A stretch of 64,000 nucleotides of DNA. Origin: Microcoleus sp. (GTDB lineage Bacteria; Cyanobacteriota; Cyanobacteriia; Cyanobacteriales; Microcoleaceae). A program made the position numbers and the translations under genes. The stretch lies in contig JAYFMW010000028.1 in NCBI GenBank assembly GCA_042408215.1, positions 344,108 through 408,107 on the forward strand. The letters run 5' to 3'. Position 1 is the stretch's first letter. Each line of letters begins with the position of its first letter. Shown here piece by piece: positions 21,526 through 31,627 of the stretch. The notes beneath the pieces were generated by a model. The model was not told the origin of the DNA, ran no database searches, and worked only from the letters and a program-made list of their open reading frames with translations.

Positions 21526-22725
21526 CTACACAAAATTAGCCGGATCTTGATCCCGCCGATGCTTCAACAGAATCGGAGCACCTTGGCTCACGCCCACCAA
21601 CGCCGCCGTTTCCTCCAAAGCTTCCCTCAGCCGCTTCGCCGCGTAAATCGACATATCACGGGGCACATTCACCCGATCGCGCAAATACCGCAAAGCCCCA
21701 TCAGAACCAACCGGCGGCGTACAAACTTCACCAGTCATCATCAAAGTTAAAGCACAACGCAAAGCCTCATCGAATAAATTGTCATCAGCAGGATTGACTC
21801 GAATGATGTTGCGGTGATGCTTGATAACGCGATGGAGTGCTTCAGCGCGCGAGGTTTCCGGTTCTGGATACATAACATCCGGGAGTCCAGCCCAAGGCCC
21901 GTTGTCCACGCGAGCTTTATTGAGTAACATCTGCGGTTCGCCGTTTTCAAAACAGCCGCCCATTTGAGGCGGCAAATCATGTACATGAGTATGAAAATCG
22001 CTTTGAGTACCGCGATAGGTAGGGCGGCTTTCCATCCCCGCAAACCAGTCAGCAAAGCGCGGGTTTTCTGCCCGCATGGAGTAGCCTTTGTAGTAGTAAA
22101 GACTGGCATTCATCCGTTCGACATAGGGCGTAAAGATGACATCCGCAGTGCCAAATTCATCGAGGAAATAAGGGCCGGGGGTGCTAGCCAGGGCTGCTTC
22201 AACTTGGGCGACGACGCTGATAAATTGGTTGCGGTTGTGTTGTTCTACTTTGGCTGAACTGGCGGGGTAGCACAGCCAGGTGCACCAGGCTCTAAATAGC
22301 AGTCGCTCTAGCCGCCGCAGGGGAAGCACTGCGGGGTGTTCCATCCCCAAACTCAAGGGGCCAAAGACTCGTTCTAGGGCGATTAAGATGTCGTCGCTTT
22401 CGGTGATGATGTGGCCGTCTAGTTCGATCGCCGGTAGCATTCCCGATGGCACTTTGCGCTTGTACCAGCTTTCTTTTTCCCCATAGCAGAACATGGTCAC
22501 TTTGTCAATGCGGTAGGGGATTTGTTTTTCTTCCAACCACAGCCAGATTTTTTGACAGTAGGGACACCAGGCGTGGTTGTCGCGGTATAGGGTGACTCGC
22601 ACATCGGATTCGGTTTTACCGAAGAGGCGCAACCGGGATTGGGCGTTGGTTGGCCCGTTTGTGCGATCGATTTGAAAGTCTGTGAGGGCTTCTAATTCTG
22701 TCCAGCTTAGGGGGGTTGCGATCAT
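21526..22725 (-). CDS. Glutathione S-transferase family protein (CPYC active site)
   Basis: [31 protein letters not shown]...TADV. Confidence 0.92.
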   Translation of the reverse strand: MIATPLSWTELEALTDFQIDRTNGPTNAQSRLRLFGKTESDVRVTLYRDNHAWCPYCQKIWLWLEEKQIPYRIDKVTMFCYGEKESWYKRKVPSGMLPAIELDGHIITESDDILIALERVFGPLSLGMEHPAVLPLRRLERLLFRAWCTWLCYPASSAKVEQHNRNQFISVVAQVEAALASTPGPYFLDEFGTADVIFTPYVERMNASLYYYKGYSMRAENPRFADWFAGMESRPTYRGTQSDFHTHVHDLPPQMGGCFENGEPQMLLNKARVDNGPWAGLPDVMYPEPETSRAEALHRVIKHHRNIIRVNPADDNLFDEALRCALTLMMTGEVCTPPVGSDGALRYLRDRVNVPRDMSIYAAKRLREALEETAALVGVSQGAPILLKHRRDQDPANFV

Positions 22726-22794
22726 GGGATTTTAGATTTTAGATTTTAGATTTTAGAATTGAAGAAAGCGACTTCTTAGTAGCATAGGAGGCGC

Positions 22795-23108
22795 GATTTA
22801 ATCTTAACTTAGCCAAACATATACAAACATAATAGTATAATGCTCCGGTCGCTAAATCTCGATCGCTGGTATGCTTCTACTCAGTTATGTTCTAACTGTG
22901 GTGACAAGCAACCGATGTCGTTGAGCGCAAGGATTTACGATTGCTCTGCTTGTGGACTTTTAGTTGACAGGGACTTCCAGGCCTCTATTAATTTGGAAAA
23001 ATATGCTCGGATGGCTAAACCGAGTCTGGACACAGAGGGTTAATTGCGCCGTCGCTACCTGATGAAGTGTCAACTAATATCCGGGTTTGTCCGGGTTTTA
23101 GATAGCAG
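22795..23108 (+). mobile_element. Internally deleted IS607/IS200-605 remnant (tnpB 3' end)
   Basis: DRWYASTQLCSNCG...CSACG...DRDFQASINL zinc finger/RuvC-III; short directly repeated ends (CAAACATA twice left, TCCGGGTTT twice right). Confidence 0.8.
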
Positions 23109-23269
23109 TTACGCACTGTAGACGATCTTGCAAAGCTTTGAGATTCTTCGCAACACTTGCGAAGGACCAAATTAGCTCCAAATCCGTAATTCCTGTGGTA
23201 ATAAGATAGTTTGCTTTCGGTTAAAAAAGGCTTTGAGGACGGTCGTCCTCACTGCAAACTTAACTATAA

Positions 23270-24151
23270 TTAAGGTGACATTTGGGGAGGGGGCGGGGTG
23301 TCTTGAATTTTAGCGAGTGCTGCTTTCATTTCAGGAGTGGCTAGCAACTTTTGGGTATCTGCGATTAAACGATCGCCCCAGAGGTTTTCTTTGAGATAAT
23401 CTACCGTAGCATAGCGTTTGTCGAGTTTCAGAGCTGCTTCTCCCATCGCTAAGCCTTTTGCTTTGTCGCCTTTGGTATAGAATGCTACTGCTATAGCTAG
23501 CATTGATTCCGCTGCTTTGTTGTCGATCGCGATCGCCTGTTCCCAGCGTTTGATGGCACTATCGACATCTCCCATTTCGTATTTGACTAATCCGATATTG
23601 TTGATAGCGGGCCAGAGATTTTTTTCTAAAGCAAAGGCTTTTTCATATTGGGCGATCGCCTGATCGAACCGTTTGAGCTTGTAAAAAGCATTGCCTAAAT
23701 CAAATAATGCACCGGGAGTATTTGGTTTTAACTTCAACCCTGCTTGTAAGTATTCAACTGCTTGTTCATACTTGGCTTGCCGAAAATGAGCTTCTCCCAA
23801 GACAAATTTAATTGCAGGATTTTCCGGCGACAGAGATTGAGCTTGCTGCAAAGCGTCAATGCCTTTTTGAAACTGCTCGACTTGAAGGTACAAGCTGCCT
23901 AACAAAGTCCAAGTTTGAGCATTCGTGGGGGCTAATTGTGTGGCGAGTTCGGCTCTGGGTACCGCCAGTTGGTACTGCTGGAGTCTGGCTAGCTGGACGG
24001 CTTCTTCTGCAAGGCTCAAGGCTGTTTGTTCGAGTTGGGCAGAGTCGATTTGCAGGGTGTAAGGCAGGAGTGCCTGTGCGACAACAGGCTTGGGCATTGT
24101 CCACAAACCGAGTGCGAGTAGCAGAGATAGTAGAGGAAGACGATTAGGCAC
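23270..24151 (-). CDS. Tetratricopeptide repeat protein with signal peptide
   Basis: Multiple TPR units (LGSLY, LGEAH, LGNAF, IGLVK); hydrophobic N-terminus. Confidence 0.92.
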   Translation of the reverse strand: MPNRLPLLSLLLALGLWTMPKPVVAQALLPYTLQIDSAQLEQTALSLAEEAVQLARLQQYQLAVPRAELATQLAPTNAQTWTLLGSLYLQVEQFQKGIDALQQAQSLSPENPAIKFVLGEAHFRQAKYEQAVEYLQAGLKLKPNTPGALFDLGNAFYKLKRFDQAIAQYEKAFALEKNLWPAINNIGLVKYEMGDVDSAIKRWEQAIAIDNKAAESMLAIAVAFYTKGDKAKGLAMGEAALKLDKRYATVDYLKENLWGDRLIADTQKLLATPEMKAALAKIQDTPPPPQMSP

Positions 24152-24207
24152 GCGATCAGCCCCAGCAAAAAATATAAAGGTTTCTCTATCGCCTATAATA
24201 ACCCATA

Positions 24208-24510
24208 ATTGGGGAATTGGTAATAGGTAATTGGCAATTGGTAATTGGTCATTGGTAATAGGTCATTGGTAATTGGTCATTGGTAATAGTTTTGAATTTT
24301 AAGATGGCCGCGTTCGAGTTCGCAACCCTTCGCGATTTTGCCTAGGAAACTCTTTAACTTACAGCCTAAGTCAGAACTCTGAATTCTGAATTCAGAACTC
24401 TGAATTCAGCAATAGCAATTCTGAAATAACAAATAACAAATAACCCACAAACAATCCCCTATTCCCTATTCCCTATTCCCTATTCCCTATTCCCTATTCC
24501 CTATTCCTAT
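24208..24510. repeat. STRR heptamer arrays
   Basis: GGTAATT/GGTCATT, TCTGAAT, AATAACA and CCCTATT tandem units. Confidence 0.9.
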
Positions 24511-27500
24511 CTCAAAGTATGTTGAATTCGATCTAATAATTGGGCTGCTGACAGGGAAGAAGGCAAAAATTTTGCCGCTACTTCTTGCAGCATAAAGTCG
24601 ATCGCTTCTGATTCTAAAGTTGCAATGCACCGATAATCTAAAACTAAAATAGGCGGTTTTTCGGTCATTTGTCGCAGATTCGATAGTGCTGGCAACATCG
24701 CGGATGATTCTGAGGGCACATCTCGCAAGCAAAGCAGGACTAGGTCAACGCTTTGATATTGCAAATGCTGCAAAACTTCTGTCCAACAGCGAGCGTTCGC
24801 TCCTCGAAATCCTGCGGTTTGGATGTACTGCCTCAAAGCTTGAAAGTTGGGATATGCAAACTCTGAATTGGGAATGGGAAACTCGATATTTGTCGATCGA
24901 CCATCGGCATTTTCTACTTCTGCTGTCTCCCCATTCCCCCCAAGATTTCGTTGCAAGTCGGGTAAAGTCGCAATGTCGGCAAATAAAATGCTGGGCTTCC
25001 AACTCATGCCAGCAGCTACTTGAATAACTTGCCACAAAGCAGATGCTACCAGAGGAGTGCGATCGGTGTCGGTACTGTCGCTGTCGGTGGCCAAACACGG
25101 AAATACTGACAGTCTTTTGACTTGATTTGCCAGTTGGGTAGTTGTGGGGTCTAAAGTTACTAAAGGGAGAGAACCCAAACTCGAAGACTGACTTAACTGT
25201 TCGATAAAAGCTGAGGGGTTTTGCAGTTGATTTGTGCCGTCCAAGACGATCGCCGAAGGCCGCCAAATTCGGGCGAGGAGTTCTGCTTGGCCGATGTCAT
25301 CTGCTTCTAAAATCCGGCAGTAAGTAGGGTTGAGCAATAAAGACGAACCTTGAGAGGCACTGTTCTGCGGGCTGAGCCACAAAATAGTCAAAGAACTCTT
25401 AGTTTTGTCTGATTTGGCATCGGGGTGACAAATCAAGTCGCCCAGCAGCCACCGCAAAGCGGGTTCTTCGATCGGCAAGCTCAAAAAGCCTTCGGCTCGG
25501 TTGACAGCAGCTCGTTCTTTTTCGCCTCTGGTGGCTGTGACGATCGCCGGTATCGATCGAGTATCTGGATCGCTCTTGAGCAGCGTCAGCACGTCCCAGC
25601 CTGACAGCAGCGGCAGCAGTGGGTTGAGGAAGATCGCTTCGGGACTGAAGCGGCGGGCTTTTTCGAGTGCTTCGGTGCCGGAACGGGCGACGATGACTTG
25701 GTAGCCCAAACCTGTGAGTGCGTTGCTTAAATCTTCGATATATTTGGGAACTGCTTCGACGATTAATACTAAACGGGAGCGAGAATTGGCGATCGGGTAC
25801 TGATATTTGGGTTTTAATAATTCTGGCTCTAGGGCTGTATATTCTGCGGCATCTTCCCTGCTGTTTCCCGGAGGATTCGGCGGCAGGAGCAAGGTAAATT
25901 GAGAACCTTGACATTCTGAGGAAATAAAGGAAACATCTCCGCCGTGAAGCCTCGCTAATCGTTGGGTGAGTACCAATCCCAGTCCCGTTCCTTGAAAGCG
26001 GCGAGTCAGGGGGCTTTCTAGCTGTTGGAATTTTTGAAAGATTAGGTGTTGTTTGTCTGCGGGGATGCCGATGCCTGTGTCCCAAACTGTGAATGCGATC
26101 CAGCCTTCCCACATATTGACTTTCAAGCCGATTTTGCCGCCGGCTTCGGTGAATTTGAGGGCGTTGGAGAGGAGGTTGACAAGCATTTGCCGCAGCCGTA
26201 GTTCGTCGGCAATTAAGTAGCTTAGTCCCGGTTCTATTTCCAGGGTAAATTCGATTTTGTCTGGGGATTCTGGGGGAGAAGTTGCGGGTTTTTGCGACTG
26301 GTTCGGTGCTTTTTCTTCTGGCTGCTGGAGTTGCTTGGCTTGTTCAAAGGCTTTGTTGCAGGCGCTGGTAATTTCGACTGGTTCGGGAATCAGTTCTAGC
26401 TGCCCGGTTTCCATTCTGGTCAAGTCTAAAATATCGTTAACTATTGTCATCAAGTGCCGCCCGCTTTGATGGATTAGTTTGGCGTAGCGAGTTTGGCGAT
26501 CGTTTAGTTCTCCGATCAATTTGTCTTTGAGAAGGCTGGACAAACCTAGGATGGCTGTGAGCGGGGTTTTGAGTTCGTGGCTGATACAGGATAAAAATTC
26601 GTCTTTCAGTCGGTTGAGATGGATTAAATCTGTATTTTTAGCTGCTAGTTCTTTGGCGACTAAATGTTCTTCGGTGACATCTTGTCCCATTACTAAAATT
26701 AGGTTGTCTGAGAGTGGCTGTTTGATAAATTGCCAGATTCGTTCTTGACCTTTTTGTACGGGGCATTCGCAAATGTATGTGTCTGGTTTGCCTGCGATCG
26801 GACACCAAGCTGGAGTGGTTAAGGTTGAGGGAGAGGCGGCGGCGTAGAGGGGTAGGGGGCAACTGGTGGCAGTGGTAGCATCGCGAGTAGCATCGCGATC
26901 GGGTGCTTTGGCTGCTCCTACTAGACTCCGGCGCTCTTGGGTGAGGGCTTTGGTGTTGACGCTGTTGTATTCGGTTTTTACTGGGCTGGGTTGACTGGGC
27001 GAGGGTGTGCCGAGATTTGCTGCTGGTTCGGGGACTGGTTCTGGGCCTGCTCCCAGTAAAATCCGCCACGCTGCGTTTTGGCTGACTATTTGCCCGGTGG
27101 GGGTTTGCAATCTCAGGGGTAGGGGCAGTTTTTCGAGGAGTTGGACGAGGGAGTTGAGGTGTTCGGAGGGTTTCAATCCTGCTTCTAGAAAGCGCACTTG
27201 AGCTTCTAGGGCGGTTTCGATGGCTGCCTGTATCGGCTTTGATTCGATGTCTCTGACTGCTGTTGGTGGAGCTGTGAGGCTGTAGTCTGTTGCTCTTTCG
27301 CGGACGATCGAGCTGATGTTAACTGCTGCGAATTTCAGCAGGCTCAGGCTGTCTAGTAATCCCAAAAATTGGCCGTCGGAATTTGTCAGGGCTAGAGGGC
27401 CTTCTATGCTTCCCGCCGGGCCAAGGCTGGTACTGTCGGGCAAAAGTATTTTATTTTTTTGGGGGTTTGCGGTTTTTGTGTTAATTTCCCCGGTTTGTAG

Positions 27501-27848
27501 GTACTGCCAGAATTCGCTCACGCTCTGATCTGCTGATACGGATCTCAGGGGAGCGAGTGTGGGGGGGGTGATTTCTGATAGCGGTTGCTCCCAGTCCCTG
27601 GAGCGATCGGCTAGTGGCATCAGACTGCGGAGGTAGACTAATCCCAGGGGCTGTAGTTGTTCGTTGACTACTGCGACGCGATCGCAGTTGCAGGATCTGA
27701 AAATTGACCGCAGCGCTGCTAGCTTCGCTGTGTGAGGCACGAGCGGCACTGGTTCCAGAAAATTTTTGAGACTAGGGCTGGTGAGTGGCATAACAAACCT
27801 GAGAGTCTGCTCAGGAGAGCAGTAGTATTTTATCAAAGAGATTATCAA
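24507..27848 (-). CDS. Hybrid histidine kinase (CBS-like N-terminus, HisKA/HATPase, degenerate receivers) divergent from kaiA
   Basis: ISHELKTPL, NLLSNALKF, DTGIGI, GTGLGL; receiver-like segment IFLNPLLP with Asn at the phospho-Asp position. Confidence 0.9.
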   Translation of the reverse strand: MIISLIKYYCSPEQTLRFVMPLTSPSLKNFLEPVPLVPHTAKLAALRSIFRSCNCDRVAVVNEQLQPLGLVYLRSLMPLADRSRDWEQPLSEITPPTLAPLRSVSADQSVSEFWQYLQTGEINTKTANPQKNKILLPDSTSLGPAGSIEGPLALTNSDGQFLGLLDSLSLLKFAAVNISSIVRERATDYSLTAPPTAVRDIESKPIQAAIETALEAQVRFLEAGLKPSEHLNSLVQLLEKLPLPLRLQTPTGQIVSQNAAWRILLGAGPEPVPEPAANLGTPSPSQPSPVKTEYNSVNTKALTQERRSLVGAAKAPDRDATRDATTATSCPLPLYAAASPSTLTTPAWCPIAGKPDTYICECPVQKGQERIWQFIKQPLSDNLILVMGQDVTEEHLVAKELAAKNTDLIHLNRLKDEFLSCISHELKTPLTAILGLSSLLKDKLIGELNDRQTRYAKLIHQSGRHLMTIVNDILDLTRMETGQLELIPEPVEITSACNKAFEQAKQLQQPEEKAPNQSQKPATSPPESPDKIEFTLEIEPGLSYLIADELRLRQMLVNLLSNALKFTEAGGKIGLKVNMWEGWIAFTVWDTGIGIPADKQHLIFQKFQQLESPLTRRFQGTGLGLVLTQRLARLHGGDVSFISSECQGSQFTLLLPPNPPGNSREDAAEYTALEPELLKPKYQYPIANSRSRLVLIVEAVPKYIEDLSNALTGLGYQVIVARSGTEALEKARRFSPEAIFLNPLLPLLSGWDVLTLLKSDPDTRSIPAIVTATRGEKERAAVNRAEGFLSLPIEEPALRWLLGDLICHPDAKSDKTKSSLTILWLSPQNSASQGSSLLLNPTYCRILEADDIGQAELLARIWRPSAIVLDGTNQLQNPSAFIEQLSQSSSLGSLPLVTLDPTTTQLANQVKRLSVFPCLATDSDSTDTDRTPLVASALWQVIQVAAGMSWKPSILFADIATLPDLQRNLGGNGETAEVENADGRSTNIEFPIPNSEFAYPNFQALRQYIQTAGFRGANARCWTEVLQHLQYQSVDLVLLCLRDVPSESSAMLPALSNLRQMTEKPPILVLDYRCIATLESEAIDFMLQEVAAKFLPSSLSAAQLLDRIQHTLR

Positions 27849-28212
27849 AGAGATTTGAGACCCAATGTAGCTTGCCGATTTTTTGTATCTAATTGTTTTA
27901 TATCAGTCCGCCCCAGGGGCTTTTTGCTGCACCGAAGTCGGCGAGTCCGATGCCTACCTATGATTTGAGGCGACTAGCAATGATTTTAAGGCTTAAGCTT
28001 AATTGCAGAAATCAGGCTCGCGCGGCTTGACGCAGGAACACAGCAGTACAGTTTCATGATCCCTCTGCGATCGGGTGAGCACTGATTTTGTCGTTAAGAT
28101 TGGTTACAATAAATGTTTAGATGATTGTTAAAATGTTAAGTAGTTTGTAAAGGAGATATCAACTCTGAGCCATCCAGCACTTTCGGACAACTTCGGTGTT
28201 TCACCTACAGCT

Positions 28213-29148
28213 TTGCTTCCCCAACTGTCTGTATGTATTTTTGTCACGTCTGAGGAACTCGCAGGCTCTGCGATCGAGCAGTTGAGTGGCGATCGCTATG
28301 TTTTGACGCAGATTAAGTCGGCGATCGAGTTGTTTGGATTCCTGAAGCACAATTATCACCTCGATTGTTTGGTTTTGGAAGTCGATGGGGATTTGCGCTC
28401 GCTGACTGGTAAGCTAAAGGATCGATCGATCTTTTTGCCGGCTGTGATTTTTTCACCGCAGCCCGGAGAGGATGCCAGACAAGAAGAGTCACCTTCAGAT
28501 CGCTTGGAAGCCGGAGCAAGTGCGCCGCAGAACAGTCAACAGCAAAGTTGCTCTTTTGTTTACCACGCTGCGGAGGTGCATTTGCCAATTGCTCGATCGA
28601 GAGAAATTGGCGCAGGTATCGATCGGGCGATCGCCCAATTTCTGAAACTTTCGACTCCGGTTCCTTTAAACGATCAGTCTGCAACTGCTGGTGCGACGGC
28701 TCAATTGACAGCTCAAAGTTTGCTCCAGCGACAGCAGCGCCGGCTTGCTGAAAAATTACGGGAGCGATTAGGATACTTAGGCGTGTATTATAAGAGAAAT
28801 TCCCAGAATTTCTTGCGGAATCTGTCTCAGGCAGAAAAACAGAAGTTCTTAGAGCAATTAAAGTTAAGTTATCGCCTGATAGTTTTGAATTATTTTTCTC
28901 AAGACGCAGCGGTAAATAATCAAATAGATGAATTTGTCAATTTTGCTTTTTTTGCTGACGTTCCGGTGACTCAAATTGTGGAAATTCATATGGAATTGAT
29001 GGACGACTTTGCCAAACAGCTAAAATTAGAAGGGCGCAGCGAAGAAATATTGCTGGATTACCGCTTGACTCTGATTGATGCGATCGCTCATCTGTGCGAG
29101 ATGTATCGTCGCTCAATCCCGAAAGAGGCATCTGAAGGTAGAAGGTAG
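28213..29148 (+). CDS. kaiA: Circadian clock protein KaiA
   Basis: LAEKLRERLGYLGVYYKRN, EIHMELMDDF, LLDYRLTLIDAIAHLCEMYRRSIP. Confidence 0.97.
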   Translation: MLPQLSVCIFVTSEELAGSAIEQLSGDRYVLTQIKSAIELFGFLKHNYHLDCLVLEVDGDLRSLTGKLKDRSIFLPAVIFSPQPGEDARQEESPSDRLEAGASAPQNSQQQSCSFVYHAAEVHLPIARSREIGAGIDRAIAQFLKLSTPVPLNDQSATAGATAQLTAQSLLQRQQRRLAEKLRERLGYLGVYYKRNSQNFLRNLSQAEKQKFLEQLKLSYRLIVLNYFSQDAAVNNQIDEFVNFAFFADVPVTQIVEIHMELMDDFAKQLKLEGRSEEILLDYRLTLIDAIAHLCEMYRRSIPKEASEGRR

Positions 29149-29301
29149 AAGGTATTCGCTGCTAATTTAACAAAGAATCAGGGAGAAGGGAGAAGGTAGA
29201 AGATAGAAAATATTATAAAATAAGAAAGAACAGCAGATTTGAGACAAATAACAACTACAACTAACATCTAACAACGAACACTGAAAGTTGAGAAAAAATT
29301 C

Positions 29302-29616
29302 ATGACTCCTTTGAAGAAAACCTACGTTCTCAAGCTTTATGTTGCGGGCAATACTCCCAACTCAGTGCGAGCTTTGAAAACCCTTAAGGACATCCTCGAA
29401 CAAGAATTTCAAGGAGTCTACGCACTGAAAGTGATAGATGTTCTCAAAAATCCTCAGCTAGCAGAAGAAGACAAAATTTTGGCAACCCCGACGCTGGCGA
29501 AAATCCTGCCGCCACCGGTGCGAAAAATTATTGGCGATTTGTCCGATCGGGAAAAAGTTCTGATCGGATTAGATTTGCTCTACGAAGAACTTCGCGAAGA
29601 AGACATGAACTCATAA
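29302..29616 (+). CDS. kaiB: Circadian clock protein KaiB
   Basis: [14 protein letters not shown]...[23 protein letters not shown]. Confidence 0.99.
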   Translation: MTPLKKTYVLKLYVAGNTPNSVRALKTLKDILEQEFQGVYALKVIDVLKNPQLAEEDKILATPTLAKILPPPVRKIIGDLSDREKVLIGLDLLYEELREEDMNS

Positions 29617-29628
29617 GAAGCTCCTGAT

Positions 29629-30137
29629 ACGTTGGGAAACTCAGTCACGAAGAGTGCTGAGAGTAAAAAATTGCCTAGGGACTTGAGTCGCCTAACTCTT
29701 TCAAAGGGAGATCGTTTGTTGTACAATAATTGTAGATCAGTTTTTATTAGCCTTAGATGCAGACCAGATCTGTCAAATGCAAGCTTCAAGTCCCTAAAGA
29801 GTTGCGTCAAGATATTGACATTACCCTTGAGCGGTTTGCTGACGCTTGCAATCAGATTCTTGACGTTGCAAAAGAGGCTAAACAATGGAACAGGACCAAG
29901 TTGCATCACCGGCAAAGGGAAGAGTTATCGCAACGGGAAGAAGTTCAAGTGTGGGCACTGCGGATTTGAACATGATGCTGATGTAAATGCGGCTAAAAAT
30001 ATAGCTGCTTTGGGGTTGTCCGTAAGCCAGCCCGAAAGTCCGGGGATGACGTGCCAACTACAAGGTCAATTGGCTTGGTTCGGTGGTACGTTCGATCGGG
30101 GCTGAAGCTCAGTCACAAAGGGTGCTGAGTTGCTTAC
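29629..30137 (+). mobile_element. tnpB: Non-autonomous IS200/IS605 element with internally deleted tnpB
   Basis: TnpB N-terminus (MQTRSVKCKL...FADACN) joined out of frame to the C-terminus (FKCGHCGFEHDADVNAAKNI); near-identical end hairpins at 29640-29661 and 30108-30129. Outer boundaries approximate. Confidence 0.85.
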
Positions 30138-30169
30138 CAAAAAAAATGGGCGGAGCGAAGCGCAGGGCT

Positions 30170-31540
30170 AAAGCCCCGTCCTTTTAGGACGGCTTTAATT
30201 TCAACCATAAAGCGTAAAGAATTGTGAAATAAGCATATTTTATGGGTGTAGTGATTTGTCAATGTGATACCATAATTGCATGATAGTAATAGAGTTCAAG
30301 TTGAAAGGCAAAACACAGCAATACCGGGTCATCGACGAAATGATCCGCACATCGCAATTTGTCCGAAATAAAACTCTTAAATACTGGATCGACAATCAAG
30401 GAGTTAAACTATCCCACCTCTACAAACAATGCGCCATTATGGCAAAAGAGTTTGAATGGGCAGGCAAACTTAACTCGATGGCACGTCAAGCCTCGGCTGA
30501 ACGTGCCATTTTTGCTATCCAACGTTTTTTCGCTAATTGTAAAGCTAAAAAACCCGAAAAAAAAGGCTACCCAGTATTCAAAAAACACACTCGTTCCGTA
30601 GAATACAAGACATCAGGATGGGCGCTTTATGCCGCTCAAAGATGCCTCACCTTTAAGGACGGTTTGGCTGCTGGGACGTTTAAATTAATTGGTAGTCGGG
30701 ATTGGCATTTCTATGCGCCCGATGAGATTAAACGAGTTAGGGTTGTACGGCGTGCCGACGGCTATTTCGCTCAGTTTTGCATCAATGGGTCGCGGAGGGA
30801 GGGATCTATTCCAACTGGTAAAGCTATTGGAATAGATGTCGGATTAAACCATTTTTATACCGACAGCGATGGTAGCACAGTTCCCAACCCTCGACATCTT
30901 CGCAAAAGCGAAAAAGCGTTGAAGAGGTTGCAGAAACGAGTTTCTCGAAAGAAGAAAGGTTCTAGCAATCGTAAAAAAGCGATTAACAAGTTGGGAAGGA
31001 AACACTTGAGGGTCAGCAGGCAGCCCATTCGAATACGCGAGCGGGTAAACTCCAAGACTTCGCCATAAAGACGGCGTTGTGCGCGGTAAAATCTAGCGAT
31101 TTTGTAGCCTAGGTCGAGCTTCAGGTGAAGAATATGGTTAAGAACCACAAGCTTGCCAAATCAATTAGTGACGCAGCTTGGAATCAGTTTGCTGTCGGGC
31201 TGCAATACTTTGGGAAAGTGTACAGGAAAACAGTAATCGCTGTTGCTCCTCAGTACACTTCTCAAGATTGCTCAGTCTGTGGCAATACTGTTAAAAAATC
31301 GCTGTCAATTAGAACTCATGCTTGCGGCAGCGGTGCGGTATTAGATCGAGATCTTAACGCCGCGATCAACATTTTGGCTAAGGGATTGAAAGCCCGTGCA
31401 GGAATCACTTTAAATACGGTGGGGCACACCGAAATTAACGCTTGGGGACAGACCGATCTCTACTCGTTGGTGGCAGCATCAACCAGCAAATCGACTGATT
31501 GAACCAAGAATCCTCGTGCCTTCAGGTCGAGGAGTGTCAA
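30170..31540 (+). mobile_element. tnpB: IS200/IS605 element with disrupted tnpB (30280-31502), no tnpA
   Basis: GIDVGL RuvC-I, frameshift near 31030 and a TAG near RuvC-II, TSQDCSVCG...DRDLNAAINI; left hairpin 30172-30196, right hairpin ending in TCAA at 31540. Confidence 0.9.
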
Positions 31541-31627
31541 AATATAATAAGGTGACAGTCATTAGTCAGCAGTTATCTGAAGGCAGTAATCAACGATCGG
31601 CGGTTAATGACGGACAAATAAAGAATA

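Noticed and set aside
28095..28150. RpaA/RpaB binding repeats upstream of kaiA
   Set aside because: GTTACAAT/GTTAAAAT-like words are present but spacing does not match a consensus I can support by eye.
30280..31502. Active TnpB/Cas12-like nuclease or programmed frameshift
   Set aside because: A short insertion shifts the frame and a TAG lies next to the RuvC-II region; no slippery site recognised.
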